Positions 52,638-64,000 of a stretch of 64,000 bases of DNA are shown here, piece after piece (the stretch's first letter is position 1; the number at the start of each line of letters is the position of its first letter). The stretch spans positions 373,674,001 to 373,738,000 of the forward strand of contig CM126202.1 in NCBI GenBank assembly GCA_052327205.1, read 5' to 3'. The position numbers and the translations under genes are program-made. The DNA comes from Somniosus microcephalus (lineage: Eukaryota). Below the pieces are notes generated by a model. It had not been told where the DNA came from, made no database searches, and saw only the letters and a list, made by a program, of their open reading frames with translations.

Positions 52638-54620
52638 TGTGTACCACATCATCTTGAGACAATGGAGGTTTGTTCAGACATTCCAATCAACATTCACACA
52701 CAATACACTGAAGTGGCTTTATTCATGTGAGCACAACGGTGGCCACACCCAGGAAGACAGTCATAAATTTAGCTGGAAGCTCGACTGGCCAAACCCTGGG
52801 CCTGGAGAGCTGTGGGAGGGCCAGAGTGAAGTCTCGGCTTCCTGTTGAATTGGACAGTCAGTCCAGGGCAATTCCCAGTCCAGCTGTTCAGTAAATTGAC
52901 ATTAGCCCGCCAACAAGATTAGCTATCTGCTGAAGAGATCGCAAAGTCTCTGAAGAATGGATTCAGTCAATAATATTTTTGTGGACTTTATGGGATTTTC
53001 TGAGGGTATTTTCCCTGTTATGGGATCGCCCTGTGCAGATACGTGAAAGACTGGTTTGTTAAAACTCCAGAGAACGCATGGCAGTTGGCTGTGACAAAAG
53101 AACTGTCCGTCATCCAGTATGTATGGCTTTGCCCGACAGTCCTGGAAAAAGGAAGGGGGTCATTTAACTTGATTAGAAAAACCACTCTAATATGCAAAGC
53201 ACTTCTCACCTCCATCTCAGAAGAGAAGCAGAACAATGAACCCACTGACCTCAGCCAGCCAAAAGGGAGCCAGTTTTTTTCGCAACACAAAGACCGAAAG
53301 ATATGTCCCAGACTTAGGGCAATTAACCCAATACGTATGGGTCCGAGGATGGCTCGTCACAGATTAAGCACCGGAGTGCTCAGAAGCAAATGGATTTTAA
53401 AGATTGGCAGGAAAAGATAGTGACTACTATAAAGATAGACTCTTTTCCACCACTCTCTCTCTCCCTGCTCCTACAAGATCGAACTAACAAGAAGTACCAG
53501 AGAAGCCGACGAGCAGAGCAATCAAAACCGACCGCGTGTGGGGGTAAGCATATTCTCCCAGAATTGAAGCTTTTGGGCTATCCTGAGGGTGGGAGCTTTG
53601 TTTGGTTCAGCCAGGCGAAGGGGTTTACGTGACTGGGTAATTCGTTGATGGGGTGGAATTATAGTCCACCATAGCAACAAGGGAATTACTGCTTGTTATA
53701 GTCCCCAGTTTTGTACTGTATGTATGTTGATTGTAATCTGGATTTTATTCTCCACAGGGACAGTGATTTGGAGTTCAGAAGAATGAGAGGCGATCTTATT
53801 GAAACATATAAGATTGTGAACGGGTCGGATCGGGTGGATGCGGGGAAGATGTTCCCGATGATGGGTGTAACTAGAACTAGGGGGCATAGTCTTAGAATAA
53901 GGGGCTGCTCTTTCAAAACTGAGATGAGGAGGAACTACTTCACTCAGAGGGTGGTAGGTCCATGGAATATGCTGCCCCAAAAAGCTGTAGAAGCTACATC
54001 ATTACATAAATTTAAAACAGAAATAGACAGTTTCCTAGAAGTAAAGGGAATTAAGGGTTACGGGGAGCGGGCAGGAATTTGGACATGAGTCTAGGTTCGG
54101 ATCGGTCATGGCCCTGTGGGTAGCGGAGCGTGCCCAGGGGCCGTGTAGCCTGATCCTGCTCCTATTTCGTGTGTCTAATTCTGTTAGATTCAGGAGATGG
54201 TTCTGTGATAGTGGATTGGCGGTTAGGATCAGATCAGCCATGATCTTATTGAATGGCGGAGCAGGCTCAAGGGGTCGATTGGCCTACTCCTGCTCCTATT
54301 TCTTATGTTCTTATGTTCTTATATTCCTGTCCGTGACTTATTTCATTTACACTCTGAATAATAATTCCCGGGTATAGAACTTTTGTAAGGCAGGGGAGAT
54401 TCGAACCGTCTGTCTAGCAATTGGGTTAGGATCAAAAACCGCTTACACTGCTTTGTTACTTTTTAGGTTATGAAATACATTGACATTCACCATAAATTTT
54501 ATCCTGTGCATTTACATTTACATGGAAATCAATCGGTATCGTGGTTACAATTGACCTCGTCTATCAATCCCCCTTCCGGAATGTGGGAGAAATGCGTGTG
54601 AGGGCACCTACAAGGTTACA
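52638..54620 (+). mobile_element. Possible long solo-LTR-like element, interrupted by CR1
   Basis: CpG-retaining non-coding block with TATAAA near 53428 followed by a CT-rich tract, and candidate TGT.../...TTACA ends. No TSD found and the boundaries are uncertain. Confidence 0.3.
53768..54322 (+). mobile_element. 5'-truncated copy of the young CR1 subfamily at 41436-45333
   Basis: Nearly identical to 44777-45333, including the long 3' UTR. Confidence 0.95.
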
Positions 54621-57180
54621 GGACACAGTAAGGGTTTCAGTGGTGTGAGCACCCCCACCTGAGTCACACCGTTAGATATTGGGCAGTCAAAGACAAACCC
54701 CTGATCGTAAAGGTCACGTGAACCACCTACAAGAGAAACTACCAATGCTGAATCTGGGAGAATATCTAATGCAAATCCAAAATATGTAACACAAGTCAAC
54801 TGTGGCACCAAAATAACGCCAATCAGAAAAATTAGGCCACACAGTACTAACCCCCCTCCCTGCATGCTGGCAATTGCACTGATCTATTCCCCGTGTGTTG
54901 GCGTGCTCACATCCTGCTGCTATATTTGCATCCCAATGCCAGCATGCAGAGACACTGAACTGAGTTGGCACATCAGTCAAGAGACCCACAACTGATTGGA
55001 GATCAGTTTGTTTCCTTTGAGGAATACCGCCACATGTCCACTGCAGTCAATGAGACTTATAGCAAAAGTGCCTATAAATGGAATCTGAAATTCCAGTTGG
55101 ATGGAGGTTTCTAACTATTCCTCTATAATTCTGCAGCAAATTTCAAGAAATCCACCTTGCCAGATTTTGAAATCTGCAAAATCTGGATTCTGGAGCTCAA
55201 ATTCCCAAATGAGGACAAGCTATAGCTGGCATGCAACTGGTTAGTGGAATTTTTCACTGCTTTATATTACAGTTCAAACTCTGATGAGCAATATAAGTCA
55301 GCCAAGCTCTGTCAATGTGTCGGAAGCAATAGAAAGGCTTACATCGTGACAGACGCAGTGCATGGTGAGTGACTTACATTGAGACAGGACCAGCTGAAAG
55401 TGGGCACTGGACACTGGCAAACCATCTGACCTGACCAAAACGTTGAGGGTAAATACTCTGCAAAGTACCAAAAGCATTAGATGTAACAAGATTTGTTGGA
55501 GATTTAGTAGCTGCTTTAACTTCTCCAGAAAGTTTGGTTTATCACAAACTGTTAATCTATTCTGTTGGATTCAAAATCTCTCAGTAAAGTACTAAAACAA
55601 GATTCCAATTTTCAAACTTTTTCAATGGGAAGGATTCTCTGTAAATGCTGGCAAGGGATCTCTGGAAATACTAATCTAGACCCGGAGACGCCCTGTTTCA
55701 ACTTCAAAAGACGGTGCCAGCGATGAAGAGGTGACCACGTTCATTATAAGAAATGTGTGTTTATTGTACAGCCACAGAAATAACAAACTACAAAGTCAAA
55801 GAATACAGGATTCTTGAGACACTGCATTCTAGTGCATGGTATGCTGCTCCACATGGACAGAAATGTGATTGACCTTGCAATCTCCCTGGGATCTCCAGAC
55901 CCTTCATTTGTAAATTTAGGAGCTAGATGTATATTTTTAAAAATCTAACAGTTCAGGTCTGCTTGGGCAGTACATTGAATTACTTAACATCAAAATGTTA
56001 AAACTGAAAAGCCCACCCCTATGATTTGTTCAGTGGTGACAGCTATGATGTTGTGCTGAAATTTTTGCCAAAGCTAAAGAAACACAATAAATAACTGACA
56101 TCTATAAATACCTTCTTATTGTGCACTCTGTTGGGTGCAGTGAGGTAAATGGGAACATTAAACTAAGGTGACAACATTGGGGAATTGTTAGGTGTGAGTT
56201 GCAGAGTTTACTTCCGTTATGCTTTTGAAGGCCCTCTTTAATTATATAAAAAGCCCTAGGTTACTTTTCTTTGCAATCATTTACCAGGGTCCCCTTCCCA
56301 CCTCACTTCAAGGCCATTGACTTCAAACTGGGGTGTGGTTACACCCATTAAATTTCACTCCCTTGATTTAATAATGCAACCCAATCCAGAGGTGCAAAGC
56401 CTGTAATTGGCCTCAGCCTCCTGGGTTAAGTTATGTGTTTAAACAGAAAGATAAGTGAGACATGATGGGGCTGCATTAGCACCTTTGGTCAGAAGAAATA
56501 CCTAATTTGCACTTAATAGGCCATATATCGACAGGAACAATATGAACTGAAAGAAGCTTAAAAGAGAAGGTAAGCCTTTTTAGAGAAAAAATGTTGCCTT
56601 AAACTCTGCAAGCTCTGTAATGGGACTTTGGCTGGCCTAAAATTGCAACCTATGCGGTCTAGTTGCTGGAGTGGGACTTCCTATGGAGCTGCTCCAGGAT
56701 GTACCGTAACTTTCCAATTGGGTCCCATTACCCCGAGTAGCCTAGCAAAGCAGGAGACCCGACTTGAGAGAAAATTGACATCAATTTGGGTTTGTTTGAA
56801 TAGATGGGATACAAAAACAGCGCTTTATTCCAAAGTTTCCACAACTCTTCCCAGCCTGGTGTATTATCAATGTAACTAGTCCCCACCAGCTTGCACTGGC
56901 TTCCCCTCTATTTACAGTCAGTCATTCAGCAATATCCCTCAGGCCTCGTCTTACAGGACACAAATACCTTGTTACCTTATATATTTTAACAATATTCATT
57001 CCAGCCAAGCACTTTTCTACCTTTTAACTAAAACAAAACATTTATACCACATTGTTAAGAGGTCTTCTTGGTAGCCACCCTTAGAATATACGACAGGTTT
57101 GCACTGGGGTTACTGCGAGCTGTGCCAGACACATGCATTGGGAAGTGGTGACCCAAGTACCCCATTAAATGCTTACGTGA

Positions 57181-57616
57181 AGAAAAAAAAGACTTGCTTT
57201 TACATAGCGCCTTTCACAAGCACAGGACGTTCCAAAGCACTACACAGCCAATTAAGTACTTCTGAAGTGTAGTTACTGTTGTAATATAGGAAACAGGGCA
57301 GCCAATTTGCACACAGCAAGATCCCACAAACTGCAATGACAAGATCATCTGTTTCACTGATGTTGATTGAGGGATAAATATTAGCCAGGAAACCGGAAAG
57401 AATGCCCCTGCTTTTCTTCAAAATGATGAGAGGGCAGATGGGGCCTCGGTTTACTGTCTTATCCGAAAGACGGCACCTCCAACAATGCAGCACATTCCTC
57501 AGTACTGCACTGGAGCGTCAGGCTGGATTATGTGCTCAAGTCTCCGGAGTAGGACTTGAATCCACAACCTTCTGACTCAGAGGTGAGAGTGCTACCTCTG
57601 AGCCACGGCTGACACC
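57181..57616 (-). mobile_element. Near-complete SacSINE1-type Deu-SINE
   Basis: Minus-strand tRNA-like head (GTGGCTCAGAGG...GGATTCAAGTCC), Deu domain and L2-like tail. Confidence 0.85.
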
Positions 57617-57734
57617 TATGAGCAGTTCAGAAAGAACAGTGATAAACCGCAGCACAGTTAAGCCCAGTGGCTGCCTTCCTTCTTATGTAGTCCTTTACAA
57701 TGGAACATATGCAGTAAAGCAAAACATTAAAAAC

Positions 57735-58740
57735 ATTACAGTATGCAGATGATTCTTGCGTCTGCGCTCACTCAGAGGTCGAACTCCAAACCATCGTGAA
57801 TACCTTCACTGAAGCATACGAGAGCATGGGCCTTACACTAAACATCCGTAAGACAAAGGTCCTCTACCAACCTGCCCCCGCCACACAGTGCTGCCCCCCG
57901 ATTATCAAAATCCACGACAAGGCCTTGGACAACGTGGACCACTTTCCATACCTCGGGAGCCTACTGTCAACAAGGGCAGACGTCGACGACGAAGTCCAAC
58001 ATCGCCTTCAGTGTGCCAGAGCAGCCTTCAGTTGCCTGAGGAAGAGAGTGTTTGAAGACCAGGACCTCAAACCCGGCACTATGCTCATGGTCTACAGGGC
58101 AGCAGTGATACCTGCCCTGCTGTATGCCTCAGAGACAGGGACCATGTACAGCAGGCACCTCAAAGCACTGGAGAGGTACCACCAACGCTGCCTCCGCAAG
58201 ATCCTGCAAATCCATTGGCAGGATAGGCGCACCAACGTCAGTGTTCTTGCCCAGGCCAACATCCCCAGCATCGAAGCTCTGACCATGCTCAATCAGCTCC
58301 GATGGACGGGTCACATTGTCCGCATGCCCGATACGAGACTCCCACAACAAGCGCTCTATTCGGAGCTCCGGCACAGCAAGAGAGCCCCAGGTGGGCAGAG
58401 GAAACGCTTCAAGGACACCCTCAAAGCCTCCTTGAAAAAGTGTAACATCCCCACCGACACCTGGGAATCCCTGGTCCAAGACCGCACAAAGTGGAGGAGA
58501 AGCATCCGGGAAGGTGCCGAACACCTCAAGTCTCTTCGCCAGGAGCAAGCAGAAGCCAAGCGCAGGCAGCGCAAGGAGCGCACGTCAACCCAAGCACCCC
58601 ACCCACCCCTTCAACCACCGTCTGCCCCACCTGTGACAGAGACTGTAGATCCCGCATTGGACTCATCAGTCACCTGCGAACTCATTTTTAATGTGGAAGC
58701 AAGTCATCCTCGGTTCCGAGGGACTGCCTAAGAAGAAGAA
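57735..58740 (+). mobile_element. 5'-truncated RTE LINE
   Basis: ORF 57796-58731 (RT thumb), CPTCDRDCRSRIGLISHLRTH in a shifted frame, and an (AAG)n tail. Confidence 0.93.
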
Positions 58741-59299
58741 ACTTTTTTTTAAATATACTGTTGGGTAAAACTTTGGCTTGCTAATTTTTGCTGGCAACAG
58801 TTTTTAATTAGAAAATGTTGGCATTAAACAGACAAGAGACATTTAAAACGTGGGATCCTGGATTAAACTGCACATTCCTGACTGTCGGGAAGAGGCAGAA
58901 CTTTAAAGCCGACATTCCAGAAACTATTTTGTGGATCTTTTGAGCTATTCTTTCTGCTTAATCCACCACTTCCATGTACCTGCCTCAGGCCCAACTGAGA
59001 GACACTCTGACAGACACTCCCAAGCACCTGCCAACACTGCGCTATAATTGCCCCTTTCGATGTCCCCTCTGATGGTCTCTCTCTGCCTGTGTTGACGTGC
59101 TTGGTCTTTGAATAAAGTGTCCTCATGACCCCATACTTTGATCTCACCTCTGTAAGCTACCGCTCCGTGGTGGAGTATGTTGGAGCTCTGGGATGCGGAA
59201 CCACTCCCCCCAACCCACGAAGTGTGAATTATTTTATTGCCCTTCTCCTGCAGCCATTTCCACATGCTGGGATACTGATCAACAGGCACCAGTCACCAT

Positions 59300-59610
59300 C
59301 TGGTGCCGTGTCTGAATTGACATTGTTCATGTGTGAGCCTTCACTGTATGACTAGGTTATTCACCCCATGAGCATTTTCAAAGCTGTCCCTGATGCTGTC
59401 CTCACTCGAACACCCATACATACATACTGGATAGCAATCAGGAATGAAAAGCTTAGCCAGTTGCTGCTTTACTAACCTTGGAGGGCTTAGGCCAATTGCA
59501 GTTCCCTCCATTGCCCTGACTGAAATCAACTAATTTGGCACAGGTCATGGATCAAACATAGGACTTTCCCGGTCTTTTAGTTACTCATTAGAAACCGTTT
59601 GCTGAGCCAT
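59300..59610 (-). mobile_element. Family X SINE-like repeat
   Basis: Reverse-complement blocks CTGGATAGCAATCAGGA and GGCCAATTG. Confidence 0.6.
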
Positions 59611-59689
59611 CAGAGAAGCTCTGAGTTTACCATTTTTAACACTGAAAAAAGAAGGATTTAGAAGAAAAAGATAATTATAAAGATAATCT

Positions 59690-60030
59690 GCTCTGTGCTG
59701 AGTTAGCTGATCTCAGGTCAGACCAAGATGGAGAACTACAACTGGCTAGGGAGGGTAAGAAAAAAATCAGTCCGAATTATTGCTTCTGATGGCGATCCGG
59801 TGACCACTTCTGGAAAGTACATGTGTGGGGACGTTGGGTGAGAACAGTATTGGGATTTAGCTGTGCCACTCCGTCAGGTATACCCGTTACCCGACACATT
59901 TAGATTGTCCAATTGGCATTGCCAGTACCAGGGGATTACCACTGGCATTAAAATAACACGGAGGAGAAAATCTATGCTCATACAAGGAAGAATGGCCACT
60001 TAGGTAAGATAGTTGCCAACGCCTATGACA
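59690..60030 (+). mobile_element. Family X SINE-like repeat
   Basis: CTGTGCTGAGTTAGCTGATCTCAG...GCTAGGGAGGG...CTGGAAAGT...GAAGAATGGCCACTT. Confidence 0.65.
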
Positions 60031-60649
60031 ACAAACCCCAGTGACGAGTCAACAATTCATCAGACTTATGTTGGAGTTGGAAACCTCAAGCTGAAATGGT
60101 CAGCTCTTACTTCGTGCTGTAATTAACTTTCATTTTCTGTTCCAACATAGTGTGCAACTCATATTATCATTAATTATTGGCTAAGTCAGACTGTTGGTGA
60201 TACGATTGCTGCATCAAAGATTGCACACTATTGGGAAATGCCAAAATAGTTACTGTAGTATACATACCTCAGTCTTTAAAACTTAGGCCCCGAGATTACC
60301 CCACAGAACACTAGCGTGCAAATATTTGGGTGTTCAGCTGAAATTTATTATTTTAGTGGAGGCACTCGCCCATTTAAAATGAAGGGGTTAAAACTCTTGC
60401 TAAAATAGCAGAGAAGAGAAATTGCTGGCAAACATGCTAAGCCTTTGTACATTAGCATCCCATGGTGTAACTTCAGGGCCTCGGTGTTGGAATGAGTGAC
60501 ATTTTTTCACCGGGTTTTGTGGGACATAATCAGGTATAAAATCAGCACTCAATTGAAGGGTTGTGACTGCACTTGCTTTTCAGTGGTGGATAGAAAAAAA
60601 TGATCTCTGGCGCTTTGATTTTATATTACAGAGCAGAGAGAGAGAAAAG

Positions 60650-61122
60650 GATGGATTTTAACTTCTTTCGCATGACCAGGGCAACCACCGTGGCCACTTC
60701 AACCAATGAAACCTGCAGGACACCCAGTGGAGGCCCCAAACAGTAAATAATTAAACTTTTCCTTGTGGGGCAAGGAGGAGCAGGAGATCTCCTCCAAACA
60801 CCATAAGGAAAGTCAGGGCCTCTGCCATCCAGGGCTTCCCCGCCCGCCCCCACCCCCTTCCCTTCCCACACGCGGAACCGTGACAAACACCCTTCCCACC
60901 CTGTGCGACTTACCTGAGTGCTGATAGTGGCTTTTGGGTCGTCTGCTCTTCACCTCCCAATGCAGATGTAAAGAGGCATCTAGCTGGCTGGTTGGATGTC
61001 AATGAAGCCTGGCCATTAAAATTGGACGGGTCTCCCATGGAGAAGTCAGTGTGAGGTTGAGGGGCTCCCTCCCTCAACATCCCCGCACCCCCAACAGCTT
61101 CCTACCCGAAGGTAAAATCCAC
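60650..61122. mobile_element. Degenerate non-autonomous TIR element
   Basis: Ends GATGGATTTTAAC / GGTAAAATCCAC. Internal GGGG.CAAGGAGGAGCAGGAG..CTCC block resembles 32830-32870. Confidence 0.4.
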
Positions 61123-61349
61123 ACTAAAGAAAGAGTAGCTTGGCTGGATACAGTCATGATCTATAAAAATGAGTCAGTGGTAAAAGTTTCATTTGAAGTT
61201 GTCTGATAGATCACAGTGAATGTGATTAAATCAGGCTGCATGGTGCCAACATTTAATTAATTGAATTAATTTAATTCTGCTAAAATGGCAGAACAAAGGA
61301 GTTTAAAATACAAAGTGGGGCAGCTACACTTAAGACAGCGGTACAGGCT

Positions 61350-61730
61350 GACCAATGGTTCCGAGTTCGTTAGTGAATACCTGAGCCATATAGACCACAT
61401 TAGGCCCAGGTTTGATCCTTGATCTGTGCCGAGTTCGCTGAGCTAAATTGGGACAGTGATCGTGTTGCTATAGTTTTAGCCTCAGTATCTCTGGGTTCGG
61501 GAGGGAAGAAAATAAGAGCAGCTCCTGATTGCTATCCAGCGACCCCTGCTGGAAGTGAACGTGCTTGCAGATTGAGTGAGAACAGTGATGCTGACCACCA
61601 GCAAGAGTCTGCTGACAGCCGTCGCCAAGGCTCACACACGATTAATGGGTCACTTGGTGCCACTGAAACTAAATATCCAACAAGGAACAAATACATTCAG
61701 GAGAGGGGCGAGGAGAAAAGAAATTGTCCG
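61350..61730 (+). mobile_element. Family X SINE-like repeat (best-preserved copy)
   Basis: CCCAGGTTTGATCC (box B-like), CTCCTGATTGCTATCCAGCGACCCCTGCTGGAAGTG and GGCTCACAC. Confidence 0.65.
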
Positions 61731-63174
61731 ACAAAATTTCTGAGAGGAAAGAAAGAACTGCAAACCAGCTGACTGTATAACGCTGATGTGACTAAACCTT
61801 CATTGCGAAGAAATGGCCTGTGCCAGAGTCTCCTCTGCCTCCGTGCCCACCTTCATTGTATTCTGTACGTGTAGTCCAGCAGTTGCTTTTTAACATTAGA
61901 GAGACTGCAGCTTTTATGCGATAACAGCCATGCTGCTGAAGAAATTGGGCTGGCTTTGCCAATACAAAAACAAAACAAAAAATCGTTTTCTTTCCTGTAA
62001 CATGACTTTACCAAAGAAAAAATAATTAATCTGTTTATCAAATATTAAGACATTGTTGCATTCCATCACTTCCAAACTGATACTCCTGTAGATTTAAAAC
62101 TCCAATAGAAAGTGCGCATATATTCACTGTGGGGCTGATGTTCTTTCTGTTTGATGTCTTTGTTAGCCCTGGGTGCTTACTACATCTGTTGTTCAAAAAA
62201 AGTCCCATTATTACTGTGGAGGGAACATTCCTTTGTCAGTAACTGCAATATGTGGTTATTATCTTTTTAGACTTTTGAATTTCCTTCATCAGTCTCCCAT
62301 TGACCACATACCCATGTAAACACAGACCTCTACTCTCAGTACTTGAGACTGCTACATTTTGTTTCTAACAAGACCTTTAACTGCCACATTTCATTTCATA
62401 CAAGGCCCTTAGCAGCTATCGCATAAGAGAGACTTTCATCCTCTGTGTGGCTAAATTCATTTCTAAAACCCATAGGTGAAAGAGCGGCCCTTCTGAACAT
62501 TGTAAAACAGACGTATAATGTTATGTGCTGACCAGCTCTCCTCCAAAGCACAGTCTTTTGCCTTGTGAGGCCGATTCGTATGAAATATCATTGAAGTAAA
62601 TGCGTCTAAATGCCCTGTGAATGAAGTTAATATGTATTTGCCCTGGAAAAATATAAATAATATAATCAAGAGTCACCGCTATTTGCTTAATTCTCAAAGT
62701 TTATCCGTTGTCTTACTGAAAATTCTGCTGCCGGCCTAATGATCACTTTCAGGTGCTGCACTCCCTTTTAGATTTAATTCCTCTTTGGAAATGTCACTTA
62801 CTGTGTCTGACTGCATAATGACTCCCTTATGAAATCACAGAACAAGCTGAAAGCCCAACTGTCCCAAGCTTCAACATCTATTTTTCAATATCACTTGCCC
62901 AAGGAAAGAATTGTAGTAATTCATACCCTTTAGGTCCCCTCGGTAGAGTCCTCATTTGTCATTGATCTAAACATTTTATATTGGCAAAATAAAAGGTTGT
63001 TGACCTTTGGATCATAGGTGTCATGCATCTACAAACCATCCCGCATCCCTAAAACTTATAATTGATTTAAAGCTGTTCTTATACTAGAATATTGGGACAG
63101 CTTCAGCATAAATCTCTAGTAGAACACACAGATTCCTGCAGAATGGCTACCCGGTTCTGCTTTCTGTCAGCTGA

Positions 63175-63370
63175 AAGAAAAATGGACAAAGCTGAAATAA
63201 TGTCAGAAATGCCCATCAGCATCTGAAAAGAGAAAGGGTGGGTTAAAACTGTATGTGTAGATCCTTGGTCAGAACTGGAACCTATCAGATGGAAACAGGG
63301 TCCACCTGTGAAACAATAACCTGTTCATTTTCTTGAGATGCTGATGGACCTGCTGTGTATTTTTGTCCTT
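63175..63370. mobile_element. Old compact fold-back Penelope-like remnant
   Basis: CCATCAGCATCTGAAAAGA ... TCTTGAGATGCTGATGG inverted pair with decayed hammerhead-like cores. Confidence 0.45.
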
Positions 63371-64000
63371 TCTTTCTGTCAAACCCTCCAAATAGAAGGG
63401 TTTGATTGGGGCCCTCACAATGTGAAAGGACAATGTAACAAATGGGTTCAGTACAATGTGAATGGAGCCCAACTTACCTGCTCACTGTCGCAAGTTCAAA
63501 CCCACCCACCTCTCCTCTGGTTGGTAGCCTGTTATGAACAGTAACATTCAGACCGTTTTCAACATTTAAACAGTATGTGCTGCACTCAAACGATTCTACT
63601 GCATCTTCCCTGGAAAACTGAAAAGCATGCCGATATGCTGTTCTTCAGTGCACATGTTTGTAATGCAAATGCCCGGAGCTAGAATTCCTGCCTCTGGTCA
63701 GAGGTCTACTTTCAGGTGTACCGCAACCTTTCATTTTCATTCCATTGTGGAGCTGTCACTAATGCTATCTGACGATAGTAATGGCTTTCTCACAGAATCA
63801 CAGAGTTGGCTGAAAATCCAACTGCCCAGGCTTCAACATCTATATTTCAGTATTGCTTAGCCAAGAACAGCATTAACTCCAGCAGCTCCTCATCCCCTGG
63901 GTCCCTCTCTGCAGCATTGTCTCAGGCTCGTCATGGAGAACAAATTGCAAAGTCTGGATCTAACGATTTCATATGGGCAGCAATAATGGTTATTGACCTG

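Noticed and set aside
46507-58548. Recurrent antisense ORFs of 139-168 aa over the RTE 3' halves
   Set aside because: Shadow frames of the same GC-rich RT coding sequence; their similarity just reflects the repeat copies.
61850-62645. Exon-like minus-strand segments (acceptor TTTTTCCAG at ~62643; 61850-61960)
   Set aside because: No strong paired donor and no recognisable peptide; insufficient support without RNA data.

Overview
Eukaryotic, almost certainly cartilaginous-fish (shark-like) genomic DNA: it carries an HE1/V-SINE, SacSINE1-type Deu-SINEs and the CR1, RTE, Harbinger and Penelope families typical of chondrichthyans. I found no recognisable host protein-coding exon, and no prokaryotic features or CRISPR. 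The window reads as a large intron or intergenic region. Main contents: a Mag-like Gypsy LTR retrotransposon (1-4258, minus, running off the left edge) and a related solo LTR; a triple-nested Penelope-derived palindrome / Harbinger / solo LTR (5555-8197) with a minimal hammerhead ribozyme motif; a decayed Harbinger transposase; several TIR-bounded non-autonomous elements; a near-complete young CR1 with an SGNH-esterase ORF1 (41436-45333); three RTE LINEs; many truncated CR1/L2 copies; and three SINE families. The most unusual signals are three CR1 copies 5'-truncated at essentially the same position, hammerhead-bearing fold-back elements, and a duplicated 3' UTR module in the young CR1 subfamily. 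I cannot claim a demonstrably new biological system. Boundaries of degenerate elements are approximate and were read by eye.
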